Assembly (NCBI RefSeq): GCF_963676685.1
Contig: NC_092344.1
Span: 45,446,001 to 45,510,000 of the forward strand
Origin: Mytilus edulis
Lineage: Eukaryota
Direction: 5' to 3'
DNA length: 64,000 bases
Shown here: positions 38,501 through 50,000 of the stretch, piece by piece
Numbering within the stretch: position 1 is the first letter of the stretch
Layout: every line of letters begins with the position of its first letter
Position numbers and translations under genes: made by a program
Notes under the pieces: model-generated
The model's input: the letters and a program-made list of their open reading frames with translations, nothing else
What the model was told of the DNA's origin: nothing
The model's database searches: none

Positions 38501-40837
38501 ACCAAACATGTGTTATACAATTGCTTTCGAGCTTTTTTACACATAAGCTAGCTCTTACTTAAGCTTCCTTTCGATACTTATATCTGGAATTTATTTCAGT
38601 CCTCTAGCTTGGATAAACATTAATACGTCTTTACTTTTGCAGGCAACGAGAACTTGCATCAGCTGACTTCACAAGGAAAGTACATGCTTCGGATAGACAT
38701 GTCCGACTTCGAAAACAATCACAGACATGCTATATATAGCCAATTCTCTGTGGGTAGCGAACGCCCAGGATATAGTTTAGACGTCACTGGTTACTCGGGG
38801 GATGCAGGTGAGAAAAGCCTCGTATTACTGATCGTATTATATTTATGAATTCAATGTGCATGTAGTTTCAATGCGCTTCATAATACATTGTGCGCAATTT
38901 CAATACTTTTATAAACCTATAAACATTTGTATCTTTATGATTACAGTTACAAGCTAAAACAAGTAATCGCGTATTGAAACACGTTTATGATATATAGCTC
39001 TTCAATGGTTTCAGTACTTATACATCTTCGGATGTTTGGCTTTGAGCGTTCCTGATAAAGGTAAATCCAGAAAAGCGCTTCAGACGCAGGAAATTTTTAA
39101 ACGTGTTTTTTTTCAATTTTTTGATAATGTTTATTTCAAAATATTGGTACACATCGTTATAAGGATTCGAGGACATAATGTTCTGTTATATAAAAGAGGT
39201 TGCCTTAACTTTAATTGCGACATTAAACATAACTTTTAACACCACGTGATGAAATGTTCTAGTATGATTATATGTCATCATGCTATGACACAATTTGTGT
39301 TTTATCAATAACATAAACGGTACCAATCTTAGTGCACTAAATAAACATTTTGACAATACAACGGGAATGTTCGAGGCCAAAATATTTCAAAATCCTAAAT
39401 TTATTTACAAATTTAGTAGCCTATCAAGCAAAACAAAATAAGACAAAAAGTGTAGCCAAATCTGAGAAAAGCATTAGAAGTTTGATAGGAGAAATATATA
39501 ATTCCATAATGTAAATTAAAAAGTGTGTTATTCTTTATCACGTGCGTGAGACATTTTATTTTAAAAACAAACAACAAAAACAACAATGGATTAAAATTAA
39601 TGAATCAGGTTTTCTCGTTTAGAATTTATATGCATTTTCGCCTCTGTTGTACAATCGTCATCATTTTTTGCCTTGTTTGAAGGCCGAATGATATTCTGTG
39701 GATTGTAAGGTCTGTCTTTTACTATTTGATTGATAGCTTCTCTTTGCGAATTTTACATCATCTCCTTACTTTCATTTGAAAAAAAAATTAAACAAACTAA
39801 AAATAGCGGGTTGGGTCTATTAGTGTGCAATAAAGGGAGCTACATCGAACTAATTATGTCGAAATCAAGGGAAAAAATAGTGTAGACAGCAGATGAACTG
39901 TGATAAAAAAAATGCTGGAAATTTTAAATCGGATCGAAAATCGATTGCAATCTGATTTATACCTATCTTTGTATTTTCAGACCGTATTTAAAACCATGTT
40001 TATTACACTATTACGATAAAAGATCCTTTCACTTTATATGTGTAAAACAAAATCGTGTTCGACTTTTTGAAAAATAATCAAATTATAAAAAAGACAAATA
40101 ATAGTTTTGTCAGTAAATGCATCATCATGTGGCTGAAAAGCCTATATACTGTACGACGAACGATAGATTATGTAGAATATAACGGCATGTTATTTTCTAG
40201 ATCATGCTAGTTTAAACCCTATTTTACAACCTGAACATATGACAATTTCCAGAGTTCATAAACAGTGTCAGTGTTGCTAGGTTGTCATATGGTCAAATAG
40301 ATAGTTCAGTGGTGATGTAAATTATGATAGTCTCGGTTAATTTCATCCACTACCGTATATACTTGGCTGAGTAATGAGCTTGATTTTCTAGATACCTGTA
40401 TGTTGCAAGTATAATTAAAAATATAGGTGGTGTTGTTATTTGTGTCAATACAAGGCTCTCTCAATCATGAACGTATACCTCACATTTATCATTTTAGACA
40501 GTATATAGTACAATGTTGTTCAGCTTTATACTAAAATATAATCCATTCTCGCTATTGCTTTGTTAAAAAAGTATATGCTTAATATGTAGGAGATGCTATG
40601 AATACCCATAATGGACACAAATTTACAACGATGGATAAGGATAATGACATGTATACAGATAACTGCGCTGTATTGTATAAAGGTGCATGGTGGTATAATT
40701 CATGTCATCATAGCAACTTAAATGGCCTCTATCTAAAAGGAAGCAACACAACGTATGGTGAAGGTATTAACTGGTATCAATGGCGGAATCAGAAATACTC
40801 ACTAAAGACAACAACTATGATGATCCGCAGAACATAA
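29515..40837 (+). CDS. Fibrinogen-related domain protein (FReD/FREP), gene B
   Basis: Exons 29515-29626 ([37 protein letters not shown]), 31530-31658, 33133-33263, 37966-38062, 38643-38807, 40590-40837. Exons 2-6 have the same lengths and phases as gene A; 293 aa; FBG motifs GGGWTVFQRR, EHWLGNE and [15 protein letters not shown] are intact. Confidence 0.92.
30095..30662. mobile_element. Non-autonomous Harbinger derivative (MITE) in intron 1 of gene B
   Basis: TIRs GCCCCAGTCACACTGTCACGTTT / AAACGTGACAGTGTGATTGGGGC; the first ~100 bp align with the left end of the element at 58507; contains a retrozyme fragment. Confidence 0.85.
30517..30558 (-). ncRNA. Type I hammerhead ribozyme copy
   Basis: Same core; loop II uaugu. 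Confidence 0.9.
30721..31403. mobile_element. MITE/foldback element with ~145-bp diverged terminal inverted repeats
   Basis: 30721-30865 (taatctacagaagtagaacaatcggttctgcaat...cttcgcaaggtatg) is the reverse complement, with mismatches, of ~31251-31403. Confidence 0.75.
32896..32937 (-). ncRNA. Type I hammerhead ribozyme copy (variant flank)
   Basis: Same core; loop II uuugu. The flank (ctcttcatagataccagg) differs from the other copies. Confidence 0.9.
34150..34605 (+). repeat. Family 1 copy, 5'-truncated
   Basis: Same 3' end (ttccattctcaatttta) as the 3646-4266 copy. Confidence 0.85.
35412..35453 (-). ncRNA. Type I hammerhead ribozyme copy
   Basis: Same core; loop II ugugu. Confidence 0.9.
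35928..37497 (-). mobile_element. Internally deleted Harbinger element in intron 3 of gene B
   Basis: 20-bp TIRs TGCCTAGGTCACACATTCAC, TAA TSD on both sides, and a minus-strand transposase relic ~36380-36520 ([35 protein letters not shown]) similar to LLDELRCEDTVSFKNFLRVDPTMFQEIVNRLTPRL of the 59 kb transposase. Confidence 0.88.
36775..36999. mobile_element. Small MITE with TA flanks nested in the Harbinger derivative
   Basis: ta|CTGTGGATT...AATCCACAG|ta, with internal cgtgggt/ccacgaa repeats. Confidence 0.65.
39046..39087 (+). ncRNA. Degenerate minimal hammerhead of a second (Penelope-like) family
   Basis: GCGUUC CUGAUAA AGGUAAAUCCA GAAA AGCGCU UC AGACGC: hammerhead topology with palindromic helix III; the conserved G8 is A. 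Confidence 0.6.
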
Positions 40838-43800
40838 CACAACATACCTTATTCCTGAAAAATAAAATAATAGTTAATGATCTATGTCTTTATTGTAATT
40901 AATCAAATATATTCAGTCATTAAAACATACATTTTAGCAGTAAAGAAATTGTTAAAAATGCCTTCGTGACATCAACATTTCTATTCTCTTATATAACTTT
41001 TTATTGCTTTTATTCAATTTAAAAGTATTCCATCATATATCTATTAATATTACTGAATTTATATTTGAACCCTACATCTCACATATAACATACAATGTTT
41101 GCATCCCTTAAGATTGTATGCTTTGGTTTACAATTTTGTTTCTTTTGTCTTTTTTCATATCTATGTAGTGTCTTACGCATCCTTTATCCCTAAAAAAGAA
41201 ACCCGATCACGTTGTAGGGTTATGATAAACAGAAGATGTGTTATGTTTGCCAATGTGACAACTATCTACCAGAAATCAAATGAAATAGAAGTTTACATTA
41301 TAGGTTGTCGTACGGCCTTCAACAATGATCAAAACCCATAATACCGCATAATCGGGTATAAAAAGCCCTGAAATGCCAAATGTAAAACAAATCAAATAAG
41401 ACATATAACGGTATATTTTATAAAATGCAACATATGGGGATCTGATTATCCTTACGGTGCACCTGAGATCATCCCCAGTTTTGTTGGGGTTCGTGTTGCT
41501 TAGTCTTTAGTTTTCTATGTTGTGTCTTGTGTTATACCATTTGTCTGTTTGTCTTTTTCTTTGTTAGCCATGGCGTTGTCAGATTATTTTCGATCTATGA
41601 GTTTCACTATCCCTCTGGTATCTTTGCGCCTCTTTTAAATACAAACAATGAAACAAAAATAAATATGATCTACAGAAACAAACAACAACAATAATTTGAG
41701 GCTCTGAATTTGGACAAGCACATACTGAATGCGAGTTGTTTAAACTAGTTTGTTGGAACATTAAATGACCGATGCTTCACTAAATTATATTTGTATACTT
41801 GTATGTCAGAGTCGGCTATTCTGTGATGTCTGATCAATACATTCACAGGATTAGCACGTCGGCATTCGAGTCGAATTAATATTGAATTCATGTACACAAT
41901 TATCGCCGGGTATTTAGAAAAATTGACATTGCCCTTGGACATATAAAATATGTGAAACTCAGGTACATTTAAAATCAGTTCTTTTATTCTTCTCAAAATC
42001 AATGTGAACAAAAGTTTGTATCCATACGGAGCTCCTTACGCCATTCACCAGGTTGTAGTTGATGTGCTCATCCTAATAGTCAATTGCCTAGTGTACGATT
42101 AAAGGATCCGTATTTTGGAGAGATTATGCAATGTTATTCCCACAAGAAAAGATGAAATCAATGGTCTCTGGATACTTGATGACAATAACTTTGCCGATCT
42201 CATCCTTTGTTCATATGAGACGGACTGTCCCTGGTAAGGGTATCGAGGGTTGGGATCCCGCTAACATGCTTAACCCCGACACATTCTGTATGTATGTGTC
42301 TGACCCAAGTCAGGAGACTGTTATTCAGTTGTTCATGTTGTTGTTGTTTGTTGCTTTGGTGCATTTTTTTTCGTTCATTTTTTTTGGGGGGGGGGAACAT
42401 TAATTTGTCCGTAATTTTCTCGTTTGAATTGTTTTACATTCGTGATTCTGGGGTCTTTTATAGCTGACTATGCGGTATGCTATTTGTTCGTTTTTAAATG
42501 CCGCATTGTGATCTATAGCTGTTAATTTCTGTATCATTTTGGTGAGTTGTCTCATTGACAATCATACCACATCTTCTTTTTTTATATTTAAACAAGGCTT
42601 CTATTGAACCAATACTTCCTAGCGGTATATATGTGTCCTTAATGACAAAGGATACAATGAGTTCCAATTGTAGCCACAATCCTGTCCTCTTTTCCTTTAC
42701 TGTGACATTATCGAATGCGACTTATTACATAATGTGTACTTACCATGCATGAAATTCACGATAGATGCTATATTTGGGAAGGATATGTTTGCCTTAGAGC
42801 ATATATAATCACCCCGGATTTGATGGGGCTCGTCTGCCGGTCTGGTCTTATGTTTTTCTATGTAGTGTTTTGTCGACAATTTGTTATCATTGAGTCGTTC
42901 TTCTGATTTTTTCATGGTTTGATGAGTTCCATTTAGACTTCTGAACTTTAATGTATATTTGGTGACTTCTGCCTCTATTTTAATATCTATAATGTTTGAT
43001 AGTTTAATGCAAAAACCTGGCCTGACAATGCCGAATAAATCATTGTCCTATATATGCATGAAATATTTACCACTAGAAGTTAATCAAAATCCAATCTTTC
43101 AACCAATCCAATTTTTTTTCTTCAAAAACAGATTACACTGTTCATTCGTGTAATCTTTTTTTTTTGTCTCATTGGAAGTACAAAAGAACAATATGAGGAT
43201 GATTTTGTGGAGAAAAAAAAAACATACACTGACAACAGCTTATAAATACTAAAAGGGTGTAGCGTTTGTGCAAAAGGATATACCCGCTTATAATGAATAA
43301 TTTGAAGGCTTTTAAGAAGATGGATAATTGCTTGAATATGATATACGTCATTTTGTCTCTGGTGTATAGTTGTCTAATTTACAATCATATCCCTTTTAAT
43401 TTTGTTTCTGTAGAGTAGCTTAGATAACGAAATAATTTATCTCAAAAACATTAGCAGCAATATGACCGTTAAAGTCCAATAAATTTGGAACGACAAATAG
43501 AAAAACATTCCAAATTGGCAGAAATATTACTGTTAAAACATGTAAAAGGCCATAACTCTTGTACACCCAAAAAAAAATTAACGAAAGTGGGCTTACTTTC
43601 ATACATTTTCGATACAAGTTTCATGGTGGTTGATCAAGAAATTGTGTTGGTTTTATACGTCAAGTGAATGGACGGACTACGGCAATATGCTACCTCGATA
43701 CATCGCGCAGATGAAGAGTCTTGGAAAAATTACAACAAAATCTCGACAGCTTCCATTACACGGCTATTCAATATTTCTAAATTTCAAATCGATAGTTTTT

Positions 43801-44044
43801 TGCATATCGTTGATCATTATGAACTGTTTACAGTCTTTTTTTTTCTTTTGACACACACAAGGTTTAAATGTAGAATGATCGTTTTCTGTGTTTACCGTTT
43901 TACCTGACTGCTTATTGGTTATATGTTTAAATTATCTCCCTCTAATCTGTGTTGTGCCTAATTGTATACAACAACTAAAAACGCACAAAAGTCTATATAT
44001 CAACACCATATTGAGCAGTTTATTGAAGAAATCGCTTGAAAGAT

Positions 44045-47000
44045 ATGAGCTATGTATACGTATTCACCAGTGCTATTGTTGTGGCATTGATGGCCATGTA
44101 CATTTACGAAAATGAAAGAAGAATGGGAGAAATTTTAGCCAAGCTTGATCGAACAGGTAATGAGAAGTAAAATAAATCAAGGACAAACAAAAATTTATAA
44201 ATAAAATTAACTTATTTTTTAGAAATCCTTTTTTTTTTATACAAAATACAATTTGACACGAAACAATCATCTTAGAATTCCACTAAACTATTTGAAAATC
44301 GGTGATAATAAAAATCAAAATACATCTTTACATCTTTTTAATTGTAACTAATTAACTCCATGAAAAACGTCACACAATTCTTTAATGTGCTTTATACAAT
44401 TATTTGACTTAGGCACACATGTTTTCTATTAAAGGACACACATTTTATTTGGTTTTGTGGCGTTGGGTTGCAATCTCAATGTAATGTATACCCTACTGTA
44501 CACTTTTATTTATAGGCTTTCATCGTGTATTTCGCAGCTGCGAATTCAGTTCATAAACATTAACGGTATGCATATATACTTGTGATTCTCTGGGGAAAAA
44601 ACACCGGTAGTTTGGGACAGGACAATTTTGTTTTTACTCCCCTTTATTTCCAAAATATACTGACGAACCTTAATAATACAACACTAGATTATTCTGTTTT
44701 ATTCCCATTTCAAAATAAGCAATTTTTATGAAATATATCTTATTCATTTCGTAATTGTCCGAAAAAAGTTGGAGTTCAAGAGTTAAAATGATGCAATTCG
44801 TGTAACCAACGAAGGCAAAGACTGCCAGCAACCAACGCCAAAATGATTCTGAGAAAGATCACCAATTCTTTTTGGTATGTTTTAAGATCTGTTTTGTACA
44901 TTCTGAGTTTACCTCTGTCTCGTGCATTACAGTGTGTTTTAGCAATAAATTGTTTTAAACTTTAGTGCTTCAAATGTTTTTTTGCAGTCGTTTCTTTGGC
45001 ATTTAAAACAATTTTGGCTTTAATCTGTCTACCATGGCATTCGTCGACTTGATGAAGCCGTAAAAATTACGTTGTGTTGTCACTACATATTGATCTGGTC
45101 ATGAATGGTCATCAACAAATACTGTTTCCCTGTACTGTTGTTGTAAGCAAAATAAAACGTGAAATTGTCTGAAAACTCACGTTAACGTATTTTTGCATGC
45201 AATATTTTTATGGCTTGATTCAGATTTTTATTTTTTAGTCTCGGCAATATGGACTATCAATTCCAAGTTTACTATCCACGGCGGTCACAAAAATATTCAA
45301 AGATAATTGAAATCAATAGAAAAAAAAGAGAATTTGGTAAAGGGGGAGGGCTTAAAAAATGTACTGTCCCAAGTACCTCTGGAAGTGACAACCCGTTCAC
45401 ACTATGCCTGTTTGATTCAAGTTAACCCGAAATAGTAAATCCTGTTTTGAATTTTTTGTCTAATATATATGATAGTCAAAGTAATTCAACTAGCACGAGG
45501 GAACACAGCTTAAAAGGTTCTCCCTGTTTTCATAGTGTAGGAATGTATCCCTGGCTAATTTACTATACAGTTAATTTTGAACCCATACGAAATGATAAAA
45601 GAGATTTAAACCAACCTCCCAATGAACCAACATTAAGTTATAAATTGCATACATGTATGTTTAAAGTTAGATGCGGACCGTAACTCTTGCGGACCGTAAC
45701 TCTTATGTCAATATGATATTTTTTTAATAGGACAAAAACTCTCTGAGTAGTCATTCAATGGTTTTGGTCATGTTGACATTTTCAGAGAAATTGTATTGTG
45801 GATCAGTTTTGCTATTTACTGTATTTTTACCTATCTTGATAGTTTCTGCTAAATATCAATATCTTTTTTCAGACAAACAATATACCTTAACACAATTAGG
45901 AAATCTTCGACAGTTGACCCGAGAATCTTCGCCGCTTGAACTATTAACGTCATACAACCAACACTTTTCCATTGTATCGTCAGATATTTTGTTTTTTTGA
46001 CTGCAAAATCTTACTGGAAGCTTTGCGATGTCCAGTAATGTCGGACAAATAGCAATAATGTGTATTACTTTATAGATACCCAATTACATTTTTTACACTC
46101 TGTAGATATATAAAGGATCAAAATTATAAATGTTCCTCTACTGTATTAGTTGTTAAGTTGCATCTGCAGAAACACAAAATGTGTTAGAGAAGTACATATT
46201 CAGATGTTTTGTATGTTTAAGGATGATCAGTTTGATTTCACTACAATTAAACATGTTAAAGCAGATTTTAAAGTTTGGTAAATACATCACTTTCCATTTA
46301 TGTTTTCAGGAAATACATCTACATGTGCAGACAAAACTACGCCTGTGGGAGGTATATTAACTTTGCATTATATTTCATCTCGAGTCTGCAGGTATGACTT
46401 TCCAATAATAGGGGTCCATTAAAAAAATACCCTTTCTAAAATTATGACTACAGTACGATATAGTCTTGTGTATTAAGTAACTGTAGTTATAAAAAACATC
46501 ATACTATTTTCTAAACAAGAAAATGTATACATAAAGTCAGGAATATGACATTTTTGTTCGTTAGCTGTGTTTGAGCATTTGTTTTTGCCATTTTATGGAG
46601 TTCGGTATCATTTTTTTTATTTGATAACTTTTTCCAATACATTTTTGATTATAGACAATACGAATATTTGCATATATTGATCTTTTTAAAAAGCTTTTGC
46701 TAATTCAACTCAATCCAGTACTTATATGATTTACAGTATCTTATTAATCTGGAACACTATACCCGAAAATAAATAATTTCATTTGCTATATCTATTGCCC
46801 GTTTCTTACAAAGGAGATACACTAGTATTGTAAGGTTTACAATTCGAATTTATCCTTTCAATCATTGGACGGTTTGGCATGCCGAGAGCATGTAGGAGTT
46901 TGACTGTAAAATAAGTTTTATGAGTAGTTTAAGAGATTTCATGATTGAAACTGCGATAAGCCCATACCACATAGTCAGCTATAAAAGGCCCCATAATGAC

Positions 47001-50000
47001 AAAAGTAACACAATTCAAACGGGAAAACTATAAACGGCCTAACTGATGTACTAAAAATGAACAAAAAAACATATAACACAGAAACAAACGACAACCACTG
47101 AATAACAGGATCCTGACTTGGGACAGGCACATACATACTGAATGTGGCGGGGTTAAACATGTAAGCGCGATCCAAACCCTCTCCTAACCTTGGACAGTTG
47201 TGTAACAGTACAACATAGAAACGAACGATACAAATTCACTTGAAAAATATTAAGACTAAACTCATCACATGGATACAATTAGAGTTTTTGGTTACTATAG
47301 TTTATTATAAATCACATCTATATTTTGCTTTGTTTACTCATAATAAAGATGCCATCATTGTTGAAAAACACTTTTAAACTTTTTTTGAAGGTGTGACCTT
47401 TCACGGTGCGACAGCGGACAAAGTTGTAGAATTACTTTCCAATAGATGTGGTTGTAAACAAGACAAGAAGTGCAATAACGACAATGAAGACTCGGATGAA
47501 GAACAAGGACCATGTAAAGGTAACACTTTTAGACTGCAACATATTTAAACATTACAAATACAAATCAAACTTTTACATTTGCATTTGTCACGTACAGTTA
47601 GTCTTTCAATCGAACATCCAGGTTCTATTGTTAAAATGTGTCTGGCTGATTTTCTCCCCAGTTTGATTTACCTGCAATCTCTGTTAACATTTATAATTAA
47701 TACAATACAATTAATGAATGACATTAAATGCATATAGGTTTTTAGGGTGTTTTTTTAATGTTTTGTTCATTTGTGCAATTTTTTGGTATACAAACTCTTG
47801 TAGAATAGCTAATCTGAAATTTTATGTAGAGTTTTTGTCTCACATTCAAACTTTAAAAGGAACATTAGCTAAGAGATAAAAAAAAAATCATTAATGTAAG
47901 TGAAAAAGAGAGATAATAAACCAGTTGGGTTGAGTATTGTCAAAACAAGCAAGTTAATTATTCGACCTCATAAAATCCTTTTTTAAGTGAACTTAAATTG
48001 AACCCTTCAGCTAGAGATGGGTTACGCCTGAACAAGGCGTGTTCAGCAATCAAAAAAACAAGATTGTCAACATTGGAAGATAAAAAGTGGTAAAGCATTT
48101 GGTTGACTGATTCGATCTACAAAATCCCATTCTTATACAGGTAAAAATGATTATTAACATATTTTTCAAACTTATTAATATGAAATCAAACAGACCTAGA
48201 AAAATCCAATTACACGTGTTCGCTATCTATTTATATCTATGTTTATGTTACATCGGGTCGTATGACCGTTGGCAGTTTTCGGAGGTCACCTGGATGGTTA
48301 TTAAAATGGCGTCTAGACTAAAGTTCACACGAAAGGGTGACACATTATAACAAAGTCATGCACTTTTAATTGTTTCTTTTGGACTTTTTGTAATTTGAAT
48401 TTACGTTTTATTAAATTATGAATCAAAGATCATGCCCCTTTAATTTTTATTGATCTCTCCTTGGTTTCGGTTTTGGCTACTCGCTGTAGTTAGGAATTGG
48501 TTTACCTTATGAATTTTTATTAAGACCACCTGTGGTAGCAATACACAGTTAGAAGTTTAGTTACGCATTATGGTCATGGCGAATTCTTTAAATATGAAAG
48601 TTTTTGTACAATACAAGTGATTTTTTAGATAGTTGAAGAATAAAATAGCCTCCCTAGTGGGTTTATATGAACATTTAGATTGTTTTCAGCATAATTTATA
48701 GGCCATTTTTCTGTTTGAAAGTCCGTAAGATTTGAAATGTTTGACGCTCGATCTTTTCAATTCAATTTTATTTTTTACCTCTTTTCAGATACATGTCTAT
48801 GTTTGCAGGAAAAGTATCACTCTAATTGATTGAAATTGTCTTTTTTTGAAAATGCACCAAAAAACGTCACCAACCAAAATGAAATAATGTGTATAGCCGA
48901 GAGACAATACATATAGCTTTGTTTCTAACAGGACATTGGTTCATGTAAATACGCTTCAGTAACGATCAACCAAAAAAAAAAAGTTTGATTGAAAAATAGA
49001 ATTATACAGAATCTACATCGGATTGACAACGCTGGTTAAGTAGACATTATCGCAGTATTTGTGAAGGTAAAAAAATAAATTATATGCTTGCCAATGAGAC
49101 AACTCTCCACAAGATACCAAAATGACACAGAAATTAACAATGCAAATCATGTACTGTTGAAAGAATAATTGTTTAAATTCTAGAAAAATTTGCAGCTGAA
49201 CATCTGAATGGGATTTTTTTTTTATATTTTACTTATGTTTTAATCTATCTATTAAATCGATCCTTCTACAAATACTACATAGTACATAAATTATAGTCAA
49301 GAGACCATCTGACTGTAAGGACTTGGATAGATCTACGTGTAAAAGTGGAATCTATAAGATTTACCCTGAAAAGACTGACAGTTTTAGCGTTTACTGTGAA
49401 ATGGAGAAGCATGGTGGGGGTTGGACAGTGAGTTGAACTCTATCGGAAATAACCAACATTTGTGTTAATATACTAGTATGCCGTTTTGAGCTAAAATTTC
49501 CACACAAATTGAATCAATTGTGAATTTCAATATGATATAGTGCAAATATTAACAACACCTCAATAAGTTTAAATAGAAACAAAACAATAAAAATGAAAAT
49601 AAGGTAAAGAACTTAGTTCGTAGACATGAAATTAGAAGTGGGAATCGGCTGTTAGGAATACTTAGTCCATTGCTACAATCGGAAATACGAAGGAAACACA
49701 CTCGATGAATAAAAATAAGTAAAAGCGTTAAAAACAAGATTAATATTAACAACAACAATAAAACAAAGGAACACAGGCTTAAATTGATGGGTTGCACAGA
49801 TTGTTTCTTAAACAATGGAGAATTGTCTTTACTGAACATTTAATGCGATATATTAAGTTCCAAAGCCTGGAAAAATGTTCAAACAATTTGAAAATACTAT
49901 AGTAGCAGGCGCATAATTTCAGTATTTGTGCTATTCAAGGATATTGATAATGGGTAAAATTGAGAATGGAAATAGGTAATGTGTAAAAGAGAATATAAGA

